A stretch of 64,000 nt of DNA from an uncultured Dehalococcoidaceae bacterium. GTDB taxonomy: Bacteria > Chloroflexota > Dehalococcoidia > Dehalococcoidales > RBG-16-60-22. The DNA is taken from the NCBI GenBank assembly GCA_964558675.1, contig CAZLEY010000005.1, positions 1,519 through 65,518 of the forward strand, written 5' to 3'. The notes below the pieces were generated by a model. It was not told the DNA's origin, searched no databases, and saw only the letters and a list, made by a program, of their open reading frames with translations. Position numbers and translations under genes: made by a program. Shown in pieces: positions 1 through 10,400 of this stretch (the stretch's first letter is position 1; the number at the start of each line of letters is the position of its first letter).

Positions 1-191
1 ATTTTGAGGCTTGGGGAGCTATAGTCGCGAGAAGATTCCGGGGTGCAAATGAGACCTGACGTTATCGAATGTTCAACGAGCGCAAGCTGATTTGCACCCT
101 GTCCGGTTATATCATCATTATCGCTCAGGACAGAGGCTTCAGGCCAAAGCGCAAGAGTTAGCATCACCAAGATTGAGACCAGCCATTTCAT
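1..191 (-). CDS. hypothetical secreted protein, N-terminal 63 codons only (gene runs off the window start)
   Basis: ATG at 191 on the minus strand with GGAG about 8 nt upstream. The frame is open to the window edge. The N-terminus MKWLVSILVMLTLALWPEASV looks like a signal peptide. Absent from the ORF track because it is truncated. Confidence 0.3.
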   Translation of the reverse strand, partial: MKWLVSILVMLTLALWPEASVLSDNDDITGQGANQLALVEHSITSGLICTPESSRDYSSPSLK

Positions 192-642
192 TTCTGGCTC
201 CAGCGTATAGCGCGGATGAGAAACATGGCATAAATAATTTGGTTAAAATTGTAAACATTGGGAAACATTTCACCTCAGGTAGACCGAGGGTTGGTGGTGA
301 AGAGACTTTATTGTCGGCCGTCTTTCATTTGTTTCAGTTAAAGTTTAAGGAGGCCAACTTACAGTCGTGTCACAAGAAAGGCCTTAAACATTACAATAAA
401 ATCAAAATTGGGATGCAGCTTACGATAATCTGGCAGGAAGCAAATATCGGTCTTAACGTAAAGCTAATATTCGAAACAAGACGTAATAATTTGGGGCAAA
501 CTTATAAACTTAAATATTTATCAGCCAATAAGAAAGGGGGTAACCATTTTCGGGAACCCCCCTGTAGTTGCCTTGTGCTATTATCGGCTCTTTGGATTAA
601 AATATAGCTTGGATTTTATAGCCTGTACCGAATAAATACCAA

Positions 643-668
643 GGGGGGAGCTTGAGCAAGCTCCCCCC
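643..668. terminator. GC-rich hairpin terminator downstream of the surface-protein gene
   Basis: GGGGGGAGCTT-gagc-AAGCTCCCCCC, 11-bp perfect stem flanked by A/T runs, 30 nt past the stop at 698. Confidence 0.6.
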
Positions 669-697
669 TTATTGCTTGTATTTATACCTTGGATTGT

Positions 698-3600
698 CTA
701 CTGTGCCATGCGTCTCCGCCACACAAAGAAGTAGACCAGTAGCCCGGCGACGACAATGCAGGCAGCGATAATACCACCGATGATACCCCAGTTAGTGGTT
801 GGCTGCTCGACAGGTAGTGCTCCTACCGTGGGCGTGGGTGCGGGCGTAGGTGTGGGCGTGAGCGTTGGTGTCGGCGTCGGTGTCGGCGTCGGCGTCGGCG
901 TTGGTGTCGGTGTTGGTGTCGGCGTTGGTGTCGGCGTCGGTGTCGGCGTCGGTGTCGGCGTTGGTGTCGGCGTCGGTGTCGGTATCGGCAGCTTGGCCAT
1001 CAGCGCGAAATTGGTGAAGTGGCTGATTTCTGCCGATACTGTATGAGTATTGGTGTCAACCATGCTTGCCAAAGGTGCCCACTGCGAGCCATCCCAGTAA
1101 GCGATATATAGCTCGTCTTCTAAAGCACCCTCAGGCAATTTTGCAGGGTCATAGCTCATGGTCAGGGTTATTGACGGTATAAAATTTGCTCCGTCGGGAC
1201 CAAAATTGTAGGCCAATACTAAAGCCCCATTTGGAGGTGGTGCTGGCGGAGAGCTTACTGTACTAGCTGAAATTTCAAGTAGCGCATCACCCTGAGCATC
1301 AAGTATTTTCGCCCTCTTGGCAAAAGCGAGGGAGACCTCTTTATCTTGGCTCTCAAGGCTAGAGGCTCTGTAAACTACGCCCTCACCGTATATTGTCAGA
1401 GTGCCATTCAATCCGATAACACGCACTGTCCGGTAAAGCGACCCGCCGCCTGTCGATGCCGGTACCGCAGCCGGAGGTAAGCTTACCAACCCTATATGCA
1501 AATCGGTAACCGGGGGCGGGATACTGACAACAATACTGTCTGCCGGGTAGTATCCGGCCGCTTCGACATGCACGCGGTAGGACCCCGCCAGTACGTCCCA
1601 TTGGTACTGTCCATATGTCCCTGTTATCAGCGGGTTAGTATCAGGCTGCATCTGAGCCGGCATCTGGCCTGTGGGCACATTTTCCCAGCCGCCAGCTCCG
1701 TCCGGGCGCTGCAGCCATACCGAGGCACCGGCGATACGAGCACTGGTCGCGGTATCGTAAATATAGCCGGCAGGGTCGATGTAAATGTCGAAGACAACAG
1801 TGGTAACCGCACAACCATATACGGTGTAGGTGATAGTTGCCTGCCCGTGTCTCGGATAGAAAGTGGTGGTATAAGTCCAATGATGAGGAGGTCCTTCAAC
1901 CATCGGAGCGGTGATATCCGACCAACCATTGACGTGGATTAAGATATCAACACCGGTGGAAACGTTACACGAGTCGTAGGAGAAGGTGATGGGGGTGCGC
2001 CAGTAGATCGACGGCATGCCGCCGCCACTGTTCGCTGGCTCCACACCCACACCCGGCGGCAGTCCTGAACCGGTGACCCGCGTCTGGGCACTGGCTGTAT
2101 TATCGTCGTAGCGCACTTCAATATCGCTGGTGCTTATTTCGGCTACATTATTGATGACCGCGCCAACCGGGATACTCGCCGAAATAGTTACGTTTGCCGT
2201 GACGGAGCCGTGCCCGAGAGGAGCCAGATCGCCGATGTCCCAGGTCACCACCCGGCTAGTGCCATTATAACTCCCGCCGTCCGAGGCCGACACGAACTCG
2301 ACCTCAACAGGCAGTAAATCCTCGAGTGTTACATTAGAAGCTGCCGCATCACCGAAGTTGTGGTAGTGCAGCATGTAAGTCATAAGGCTACCATGATCCT
2401 TAGTAGGCGGAGCCTGCTTGGAAAGGAACAGGTTTCTTCCACTGAACTGGGGATACGTGAATAGAATAGCCATATCCGGGTTGATTAACTGCTGGTTGTA
2501 GGAGTACTGCAGGCCGATATCGCCGGTGGGGCCTTCTATGCCTACCGTTGCCGAGCCGCCATTATCGTAGGGAGGGAGATCACTCGATGTAGAGCCGGAT
2601 ACTGTTCCGAACTCGACATCCTGGTACTGGAACAGGATATTATTAGTCCCTTCGTATAGTATCGCTTCGAAGGTAATCCCCGATGTCGAGCTAGTATAGT
2701 GTTGATTATCGTGCCACTCCACGATAAAAATCCTGTTCGGTGCCGTTCCCAGTGTCTGATAGTATATCGTACCTCCGTACCAGGTCACGATATCATCCCA
2801 GAAAGGAGCGATAAACCCGTGCACTCCCGGTGACTCTGTAATCGGCTCATTAACATACTGCGTTGTTGTGCCTACCGCAAAGAGCAGACCATTATTAGCA
2901 ATAGCTACTTGACTGTAGTCTGTGCCATAGTAATTGAAAAAGAACCCGAGGGCGATGTTATCTTCAACATAATCATCGCTATCCGGGAGTACCTGTGTCC
3001 CCGTTCCGGAGATTTCAATCCAGTCATAGGTTGGCCCATCAGGCACGTTACTATCCTTGTAGGTATAACCGAACGAGTCCGGGCCACCCTGGCGACCTGA
3101 AGTAACCGTGATTGACAGGTCCTTTGTGGCTGTGCCGGAAACATTATCGGTAACCATGGCAGTAAAGGCGGTTGTGCCAAGCGCATCCGGCGTGCCGGTG
3201 ATAGCACCGGTGGCGACATCAAGCGCTGCCCATAACGGCAGAGTCCCGGCACTGATTGACCAGGTATAAGTGGGTATGCCGCTATTGGCATGCAGGGTGT
3301 ATGAGTAGGCGACGCCGACACTGCCATCGGGGAGCGAGGTGGTGGTTATGGTTGGTGCTGCAACGATGGTGATTGATAGGGCCTGCGTGGCTGTGTCGGA
3401 AACATTATCAGTTACCATGACGGTGAAGTCGGTTACGCCGACTGTGGTCGGAGTACCGCTGATAACGCCGGTTGTTCCATTACACGATAGCCCGTCGGGC
3501 AGAGCGCCGGCGCTGATTGACCAGGTATAAGGTAGCGTGCCGCTATCGGCAGCCAGAACCTGATTATAGGCGATGCTAATTTCACCATCGGGCAGCGAAG

Positions 3601-5569
3601 TGGTGGTGACAGTCAGCGGCGCCGGATTAACCGTGATTGACAGGTCCTTTGTGGCTGTGGCACCCAGGCTATCAGTTACCATGACGGTGAAGTTGGTCGG
3701 ACCACCGACTGTGGTCGGAGTGCCGCTGATAGCGCCGGTTGTTTCATTAAATAATAGCCCGTCAGGCAGAGTCCCGGCGCTGATTGACCAGGTGTACGGA
3801 GGTATGCCGTCGGAGACCGACAGGGGCTGTGAGTAAGCGACGCTGACATTACCATCGGGGAGCGAGGTGGTGGTTATGGTTGGCGCTGCAACGATGGTGA
3901 TTGATAGGGCCTGCGTGGCTGTGTCGGAAACGTTATCAGTTACCATGATGGTGAAGGCGGTCGGACCACCCACTGTGGCCGGAGTGCCGCTGATAACGCC
4001 GGTTGTTCCATTACACGATAGCCCGTCGGGCAGAGCGCCGGCGCTGATTGACCAGGTATAAGGTAGCGTGCCGCTATCGGCAGCCAGAACCTGATTATAG
4101 GCGATGCTAATTTCACCATCGGGCAGCGAAGTGGTGGTGACAGTCAGCGGCGCCGGATTAACCGTGATTGACAGGTCCTTTGTGGCTGTGGCACCCAGGC
4201 TATCAGTTACCATGACGGTGAAGTTGGTCGGACCACCGACTGTGGTCGGAGTGCCGCTGATAGCGCCGGTTGTTTCATTAAATAATAGCCCGTCAGGCAG
4301 AGTCCCGGCGCTGATTGACCAGGTGTACGGAGGTATGCCGTCGGAGACCGACAGGGGCTGTGAGTAAGCGACGCTGACATTACCATCGGGGAGCGAGGTG
4401 GTGGTTATGGTTGGCGCTGCAACGATGGTGATTGATAGGGCCTGCGTGGCTGTGTCGGAAACGTTATCAGTTACCATGACGGTGAAGTTGGTCGGACCAC
4501 CGACTGTGGTCGGAGTACCGCTGATAACGCCGGTTGTTTCATTACACGATAGCCCGTCGGGCAGAGCCCCGGCGCTGATTGACCAGGTATAAGGCGTTAC
4601 ACCGCCGGTGGCTGCCAGAGCCTGGTTATAATCAAATCCAATCTCGCCATCGGGCAGCGAAGTGGTGGTGATATACAGCGATGCCCTGGTCACGGTCACG
4701 GTGTAGGTCTCGGTAGCGATCCCGTCCTGGGCGGTGACTACCACGGTGATGGTGTTGGGCCCTTCGGCCAGGGGGATATCACCGGAAGGCGAACCGCTGG
4801 TCACGGGAACGCCGTTGACGGTGACGGTGGCATAACTATCATTTGCCGTCGGCGTGACGGTGACGGAGGTCACGGCATTGTTCACGCTGGTGGTGTAGTC
4901 GAAGGTAGCAGAAGCAAAATCCGGGGTGAGCGTGCCCTCGCTGATGGTAAGACCGATCAGGGAGGCGTCGGTGGATGGTGGCGGATTAGTTTCAACTACA
5001 CATCGTATCATCCGGTTATACGGGAGACTTTCCAGTTCCCAAGGAAACGTAGACCCCCAACTATGCCAGGAACGTCCTGCAATGGGAGGAGTATTATCAA
5101 AGGATATGCCTTCGCAATCAGGCGATTCGGTAAGTTGGTAATAACCTATAAAGAAGTTGCCGCTGGTTATCGATATGCCCAGCCCGGAAATATCCACATC
5201 CCACCATCCCAAGGTGGTGGCTATAGTGGGGACAAAACCTAGCATTGTGCCCGGTGCACCGGCAGCTCCATCATCATCATAGACACGTATCTCAAACATC
5301 TCACGGTCACCATCGGGCTGCCAGTTAGGGTACAGGTGAATACGTGCCGTGGTAAGAGTAGCCGGGTACGATGGCGGGGTGAACTCGACCGCAAATTCGG
5401 CACCTATGTCGTTTAAGGCGTCCGCTCCATTGGCCTCATCGTCGTCGTAGGCTATTTCCTGGGGTACGGTCGCTGCCACGGCATGTTGTGCCGGATATAC
5501 TGGCAGCCCCATTAATACCATCATCAGGGTTACCACCAAAGCTAAACCAACTGAAATAAGTTTCTTCAT
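698..5569 (-). CDS. giant cell-surface protein (cadherin-like beta-sandwich, six He_PIG/putative-Ig domains, DUF11-like domain, PT linker, C-terminal TM anchor)
   Basis: The ORF 698..5698 is trimmed to the ATG at 5569, which has AAGGAGAG upstream and starts the signal peptide [33 protein letters not shown]. There are six repeats of [27 protein letters not shown]...TG.ISGTP. The C-terminus is (PT)n followed by a hydrophobic helix and WRRRMAQ. Confidence 0.85.
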   Translation of the reverse strand: MKKLISVGLALVVTLMMVLMGLPVYPAQHAVAATVPQEIAYDDDEANGADALNDIGAEFAVEFTPPSYPATLTTARIHLYPNWQPDGDREMFEIRVYDDDGAAGAPGTMLGFVPTIATTLGWWDVDISGLGISITSGNFFIGYYQLTESPDCEGISFDNTPPIAGRSWHSWGSTFPWELESLPYNRMIRCVVETNPPPSTDASLIGLTISEGTLTPDFASATFDYTTSVNNAVTSVTVTPTANDSYATVTVNGVPVTSGSPSGDIPLAEGPNTITVVVTAQDGIATETYTVTVTRASLYITTTSLPDGEIGFDYNQALAATGGVTPYTWSISAGALPDGLSCNETTGVISGTPTTVGGPTNFTVMVTDNVSDTATQALSITIVAAPTITTTSLPDGNVSVAYSQPLSVSDGIPPYTWSISAGTLPDGLLFNETTGAISGTPTTVGGPTNFTVMVTDSLGATATKDLSITVNPAPLTVTTTSLPDGEISIAYNQVLAADSGTLPYTWSISAGALPDGLSCNGTTGVISGTPATVGGPTAFTIMVTDNVSDTATQALSITIVAAPTITTTSLPDGNVSVAYSQPLSVSDGIPPYTWSISAGTLPDGLLFNETTGAISGTPTTVGGPTNFTVMVTDSLGATATKDLSITVNPAPLTVTTTSLPDGEISIAYNQVLAADSGTLPYTWSISAGALPDGLSCNGTTGVISGTPTTVGVTDFTVMVTDNVSDTATQALSITIVAAPTITTTSLPDGSVGVAYSYTLHANSGIPTYTWSISAGTLPLWAALDVATGAITGTPDALGTTAFTAMVTDNVSGTATKDLSITVTSGRQGGPDSFGYTYKDSNVPDGPTYDWIEISGTGTQVLPDSDDYVEDNIALGFFFNYYGTDYSQVAIANNGLLFAVGTTTQYVNEPITESPGVHGFIAPFWDDIVTWYGGTIYYQTLGTAPNRIFIVEWHDNQHYTSSTSGITFEAILYEGTNNILFQYQDVEFGTVSGSTSSDLPPYDNGGSATVGIEGPTGDIGLQYSYNQQLINPDMAILFTYPQFSGRNLFLSKQAPPTKDHGSLMTYMLHYHNFGDAAASNVTLEDLLPVEVEFVSASDGGSYNGTSRVVTWDIGDLAPLGHGSVTANVTISASIPVGAVINNVAEISTSDIEVRYDDNTASAQTRVTGSGLPPGVGVEPANSGGGMPSIYWRTPITFSYDSCNVSTGVDILIHVNGWSDITAPMVEGPPHHWTYTTTFYPRHGQATITYTVYGCAVTTVVFDIYIDPAGYIYDTATSARIAGASVWLQRPDGAGGWENVPTGQMPAQMQPDTNPLITGTYGQYQWDVLAGSYRVHVEAAGYYPADSIVVSIPPPVTDLHIGLVSLPPAAVPASTGGGSLYRTVRVIGLNGTLTIYGEGVVYRASSLESQDKEVSLAFAKRAKILDAQGDALLEISASTVSSPPAPPPNGALVLAYNFGPDGANFIPSITLTMSYDPAKLPEGALEDELYIAYWDGSQWAPLASMVDTNTHTVSAEISHFTNFALMAKLPIPTPTPTPTPTPTPTPTPTPTPTPTPTPTPTPTPTPTPTPTLTPTPTPAPTPTVGALPVEQPTTNWGIIGGIIAACIVVAGLLVYFFVWRRRMAQ
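826..988 (-). repeat. Pro-Thr dipeptide microsatellite (GGYGTY hexamer array on plus strand)
   Basis: About 27 consecutive ggtgtcggc/ggcgtcggt units encode PTPTPT... in the surface protein. The antisense GVGV ORF 756..1046 is an artefact of this array. Confidence 0.9.
3339..4640 (-). repeat. 531-bp near-perfect tandem repeat (about 2.4 copies) inside the surface-protein gene
   Basis: The antisense ORFs 3573..3836 and 4104..4367 translate identically. ORFs 3339..3530, 3867..4061 and 4398..4592 differ by only a few residues. The offsets are 531 and 528 nt. Each unit equals two He_PIG domains. Confidence 0.9.
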
Positions 5570-5643
5570 GTGATTACTCTCCTTTTGATTACTTTTCTTA
5601 TCAACACTGTCACAAACATTATTTGTGCCGTGGTTCGGACAAT

Positions 5644-5728
5644 AAAAAAACCGACCCTTCAATGAGGCCGGTTTCGCTATTTGCTCCCTACGGCTCAAGC
5701 GACCATATACGAGCCGTTAGATCAACGC
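5644..5728 (-). ncRNA. candidate cis-regulatory leader RNA with intrinsic terminator, copy 1 (upstream of surface-protein gene)
   Basis: The minus strand reads GCGTTGATCT, then the stem ACGGCTCG/TGAGCCGT, then AGGGAGC-aaaTAGcGAAACCGGCC, then the terminator ACCGGCC/GGTCGGT plus T7. It lies 75 nt before the ATG at 5569 and is homologous to 59034-59119. Confidence 0.45.
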
Positions 5729-5999
5729 ATCCAATTATAATAACTATAAAAGGAATTTTATTATAGTTACAGGATGTTCTATTTAGATAGCTTAATACAA
5801 ACATTACTACATGTCAACATAACTTATCTTAACTTTTCCCACCATACTACTCGTTCTCTCCTGCTTCGGATGCATATTTCTCAATGATATAGCCTGGTAC
5901 TCAGGAGGAAGGAGGCAAAGCAGAACGTAATAAGTAACAAACCATCGCTTTGTTACTCCAATCTGTCCATTGAATTATAATTCAGAACCATAACGGGTG

Positions 6000-6028
6000 T
6001 TGACAATAGAACACTAGTTCTATATAAT
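6000..6028 (+). promoter_or_regulatory. sigma70-type promoter TTGACA-17 nt-TATAAT for imuB-dnaE2
   Basis: TTGACA at 6000-6005 and TATAAT at 6023-6028 with exactly 17 nt between them. The -10 lies only 11 nt before the ATG at 6040, so the mRNA would be leaderless or nearly so. Confidence 0.7.
6007..6022. promoter_or_regulatory. LexA operator (Cheo-box type GAAC-N4-GTTC)
   Basis: TAGAAC-ACTA-GTTCTA has perfect palindromic arms and fills the promoter spacer. It sits in front of an imuB/dnaE2 cassette, which is classically LexA-controlled. Confidence 0.7.
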
Positions 6029-6039
6029 TAGTGTTTGCC

Positions 6040-7224
6040 ATGATAATTCTTTGCATTCTATTGCCCCATTTCCCCTGGCGGTGTGAGATTCGTAGACATA
6101 CCGATATCTCCGACCGTCCGGCTATAGTTGTTCAATCGAAAGACGCTGCCAGTTCACAGAAGTTAGTCATAGATTATTCCCCCGGGCTGGAAAACCTGCC
6201 GTACGGAAGTCCTCTCCAGCAGGCGCTCGCCCGCCATGATGATGTCGAGATAATCCAGGCTGATATTCCCTATTACCGCACTGCCTTTAGTGAAATACTG
6301 GACGCTCTAGAACAGGTAAGTCCGCTGGTGGAAGGTGCCGACCTGGGTTGCATTTACATCGGTGTGGATGGGCTGCAGCTCATCTACCCAGACGATAATG
6401 CCCTCGTTAATGCCGTACGGGGAGTCGTCATGGACTTTGCCCCGCAAATAGGAATCTCCGAGAACAAGTTTCTGGCTTTCCTAGCAGCGCAGCGTAACCC
6501 ACCAGGGGGCTATAATGTGCTGAACGGCAATATCGATTCTTTTCTGAAGGGGTTATCCTGCGATGTACTTCCCGTATCTCTGAAAAGCAAGAGCAAGCTA
6601 CACGGCTTCGGCATTCACACGCTGGGACAGGTAGCCGCCATGCTCCCTGGCCCGTTACAGTCGCAGTTTGGTCCCGAAGGCAAACGCATCTGGGAACTCG
6701 CTAGAGGTCTTGACGATACCACCCTCTACCCCCGGTTCATGGAAGAGGTCATTGAGGAGAGCGCTACCTTGCCTTCGGTAACTGTCTCTATGGACGCCAT
6801 TCTAACCTCGGCTGAGTCGATTCTTTTACAGGTCTTGCCAGGTATCGTCCGCAGGGGACTGGGTATCCGCAGCCTCACCCTATGGACGCGTACTTGGAAC
6901 GCGGAGAACTGGGAGCGCAGCATCAATTTCAAGGAACCTGCTATGGATGTTAGAAGTGTTGCATCCCGCCTCAAGCGTGCCCTAGAGGACTATCCCCAGC
7001 CCGGCCCCGTAGAGCAGGTGAGCGTTAAGGTCAATCGTCTGGGTTATCCGCGCGGACGGCAGAAAAGCCTCTTCCCCGATATCAGGGCTAAAGAACATTT
7101 AGCAGATGATATCAAGCAGCTGGAACTCAAACTGGGCAATCCCCAGGTATATAAGGTAAAGGAAATAGAACCATGGTCGAGAATACCGGAAAGACGCTAC
7201 GCGCTGACACCTACAAACAGGTAA
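6040..7224 (+). CDS. imuB: ImuB-like Y-family DNA polymerase homolog (catalytically inactive type)
   Basis: The N-terminus MIILCILLPHFPW replaces the DxD catalytic motif of DinB with LLP, as in ImuB. The gene sits directly upstream of dnaE2. The track's GTG at 6031 is an alternative start. Confidence 0.75.
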   Translation: MIILCILLPHFPWRCEIRRHTDISDRPAIVVQSKDAASSQKLVIDYSPGLENLPYGSPLQQALARHDDVEIIQADIPYYRTAFSEILDALEQVSPLVEGADLGCIYIGVDGLQLIYPDDNALVNAVRGVVMDFAPQIGISENKFLAFLAAQRNPPGGYNVLNGNIDSFLKGLSCDVLPVSLKSKSKLHGFGIHTLGQVAAMLPGPLQSQFGPEGKRIWELARGLDDTTLYPRFMEEVIEESATLPSVTVSMDAILTSAESILLQVLPGIVRRGLGIRSLTLWTRTWNAENWERSINFKEPAMDVRSVASRLKRALEDYPQPGPVEQVSVKVNRLGYPRGRQKSLFPDIRAKEHLADDIKQLELKLGNPQVYKVKEIEPWSRIPERRYALTPTNR

Positions 7225-7457
7225 ATGCGCCGGAAGCGCTAAAGGTTGAAGAGAATGCCTCCAGCTTACCGGTGGCGGTGAAGATAAAGCAGCGGCAGCC
7301 TGTCATCTCTATTGAGGACATGTGGCGCATCGACGACGAGTGGTGGCGTGCAGAGCCAGTGTCTCGCCTTTACTATAATGTCCTGCTCGCCTCCGGTCAG
7401 CGCCTGGTGCTCTATAAAGACCTCGCCAGCGGCAACTGGTATCAGCAGGACTATTAG
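7173..7457 (+). CDS. small Trp-rich protein between imuB and dnaE2 (function unknown; may be a detached ImuB C-terminal module)
   Basis: 94 codons with AAGGAAA 8 nt upstream of the ATG. It overlaps the imuB 3' end by 52 nt in another frame and ends 9 nt before dnaE2. Motif: EDMWRIDDEWWRAEPVSRLYYNV...LYKDLASGNWYQQ. Confidence 0.45.
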   Translation: MVENTGKTLRADTYKQVNAPEALKVEENASSLPVAVKIKQRQPVISIEDMWRIDDEWWRAEPVSRLYYNVLLASGQRLVLYKDLASGNWYQQDY

Positions 7458-7466
7458 GATACAACC

Positions 7467-10400
7467 ATGCCTTACGCCGAGCTTCATTGTCACAGCTACT
7501 ACTCTTTCCACGACGGCGCTTCCTCGCTGGAAGAGCTTATGGTGCGTGCTAAAGACCTCGGCTACCGCGCCCTCGCCGTTACCGAGCATGATAACCTCTG
7601 CGGAGCGATGCGCTTTGCCCAGCTTACCAAATCATTAGAGATGCATGGCATCATCGGCGCGGAGATAACGCTGGGAAACGGCTATCACCTTACCCTGCTG
7701 GCTAAGGATAGAAAAGGCTATAGCAACTTGTGCCGCCTCATCACCGCCGCCCATGCCTCCGGCGAGCGTAACGGCCCCGCTCTGCCCCCCGGACTCCTGC
7801 CAGAGCACGCCGCCGGGTTGATTGTCCTCTCCGGCTGTTCCCGGGGAGAGCTTTCACAATTTGTTGCTAAGTCGCGGCTGGCCGAGGCAAAAAACCTGAT
7901 AAAACAATACCTCGACTGGTTCGGGAAGGACAACTACTATATCGAGCTGCAACAGAACCTTGCCTACGGCGATACGGCGCGCAATACCGCCCTGCTGAAA
8001 CTGGCGCAGGAAACGGGCGCCAGAGTAGTCGCCACCGGCAACGTCCATTATCATATCCGCGAAAGGCACCAGCTCCAAGACTGCCTGGTGGCGGTCAAGA
8101 ACTGCCAGAGCCTTGAGGATACCCACCGCGAACGCCGCCCCAATTCCGAGTATTATTTGAGGTCGGAGGAAGAGATGGAAACCCTTTTCCACGCTTGCCC
8201 CGACGCATTGAAAAATACCATTGATATCGCCGAACGCTGCACTCTCGATTTAACGAAAGACTTGAGCTATATCTTCCCGGACTACCCCGCCCCGGAAGGC
8301 CATACGCCCCAGAGCTACCTGGAAAAGCTCTGTCAGGAGGCGGCTATACGGCGCTATGGCTCTATTACCCTACAGGTACAAAAGAGACTGGGAGAAGAGT
8401 TCACTCTGATTAAAAAATACAACCTGGCGGGCTTCCTGCTAATGTACCACGAGGTCATTAAGCTGGGGCGTGAAGTAATGATAGACCTGGGATTAAGCGA
8501 CCCGTCCCTCACGCTGGAGGAAAACCCACCGGGGAGGGGCCGCGGTTCCTCGGTGGCTTTACTGGTGGGGTATCTCATTGGGTTATCGCACATCGACCCG
8601 CTCAAGTATAATTTGTCATTGGAGCGCTTCCTCCCCGCCGATACCATGACCAACGTGCCGGATATTGACCTCGATTTTCCCCGCAGCATCCGGGAAGAGC
8701 TTATTCTCCGCACCCACGCCAAATGGGGCTGGCAGCACGCCGCTCTCACTGGTACCATCGCCACCTACCAGATTAAAGGAGCGGTAAGGGATTTGGGCAA
8801 GGCTTTAGGTCTGCCGGAAGCTGAAATCGACCACCTGGCCAAGCAGGCGGACTGGGGCAGCGCGAAAAAGCTCGGCAATAAGATGGAGAGAATGCCCAGT
8901 TTTAAGGAGAAAGTGGACGCCCCGGTCTGGCGGGACTTAATCCGGCTATCCGCAGAGATGGACGGCTTTCCCAAGTACGCGGGGCAGCACCCCGGCGGCA
9001 TGATTCTATCATCCACCCCTCTCATCGATATCGTTCCCGTCCAGCGGGGCGCTATCAAGGGACGTTACGTCTGCCAGTGGGACAAGGATAGCATCGACGA
9101 TGCAGGATTCGTTAAGATAGACTTTTTGGCTTTAGGTGCTCTTTCTCAACTCCAGGATGCCGTCGAGCTTATCAAAAACCGCACTGGCAAACGCATCGAT
9201 ATGTCCCGCATCGACTTTGAGGACGCTAAAGTTTACGACATGCTCTGTAAAGGGGATACCATCGGCATCTTCCAGGTGGAGTCCGCCGCTCAAATGCAGA
9301 CCATTACCCGTCTTCTCCCGCGCAATCTGCTGGACATGGCGCACGAGGTTGGGGCGGTGAGGCCTGGCGTGGGCGTCAATCACGGCGTGCAAGAGTACTT
9401 GGCGCGGCGAAGTAAGAGAAAATCCGTCACTTATGATTGCCCTCTGGAAAGGAGAGCTTTAGAGCGCACGCTCGGCGTAGTGCTGTTCCAGGACCAGGTC
9501 AACCAGTTGGCGATAGATGTCGCTGGCTTTGCCCCCAGCGAGGCCGACCGGCTGCGCCGTGCCTTTGGACGGCGGCATAATGACGAGCTTATCGAGCAGT
9601 ATCATCAAAAGTTCCTCGCCGGAGCGGTAAAAAACGGTGCAGCTGAAGAAGACGCGGAAAAAGTCTTTAAAAAGTTTAACGGGCAGTACATGTTCCCGGA
9701 ATCGCACGCCTTTGCCTTTGGAGTGACGGCTTACCAGGCATCCTGGCTAAAGTATTACTATCCTCTTGAGTTCTTTGTGGCTATCTTCAACCAGCAGCCC
9801 ATGGGCTTTTATAACCTGGAAACGTTAAAGGAGGATGCTAAAAAACACGGCATCAACGTGCTGAACCCGGACATCAATGAGAGTCGTGCTAAATGCACAA
9901 TAGAGAACGGCGCATTACGACTGGGCTTTTCCAACGTCACAGGATTAGGGGAAGCCTCCGCCAAAGTTATTGAGGAGGGTAGGAAACGGGGAATTTTTAA
10001 AACCATCGGCGAGTTCCTGGAGCGCACTGGCGTGCTGGAAGAGGTGGCGCTTAATCTGGCTGGCGCCGGAGCTTTTGATAGTCTTGAAACAAACCGCCGC
10101 AAGGTGAAATGGGAAATTGGCTTAAGGTATCGCCCTATCAATACTCAATTGCCTCTCTCGCTTCCTGTGGAGCAAGACATTGTAGAACTGGCTACACCAA
10201 CCGATTGGGAACGAATGACGGAGGAATATAATGTCCTTAGCCTTTTCCCCGCCGGGCACGTCATGGCTAAGCTGCGCTCACGTTTTAACGGGGGTTTTAA
10301 TACCAGCAAGGACATTGACAAACTACGTGACGGTGCCCCTGTAACGGCAGCAGGGCTAGTCATCCGCCGCCAGCGGCCCCACGGCAAGGTAGTGTTCATA

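Noticed and set aside
92-607. 171-aa plus-strand ORF at the window start.
   Set aside because: It lies in AT-rich sequence with no ribosome-binding site and has a low-complexity, basic translation. It overlaps the better-supported minus-strand signal-peptide ORF at 1-191.
756-1046. ORF encoding poly(Gly-Val).
   Set aside because: It is the antisense reading of the (PT)n microsatellite within the surface-protein gene.
3339-4592. Five antisense ORFs (63-87 aa) with repeated sequences.
   Set aside because: They mirror the 531-bp tandem repeat on the non-coding strand of the surface-protein gene.
5644-5728. c-di-GMP (GEMM-I/II) or other known riboswitch identity for the conserved leader.
   Set aside because: GGGAGCAAAUAGCGAAACCGG only superficially resembles the GGGACGCAAAGCC core. 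The ACGCACAGGGCAAACC half and the tetraloop/receptor features are absent. No other known class fits by eye.
5741-5769. 9-bp-arm hairpin TAACTATAA-N11-TTATAGTTA.
   Set aside because: It is a pure A/T stem in AT-rich DNA, so it is expected by chance and thermodynamically weak.
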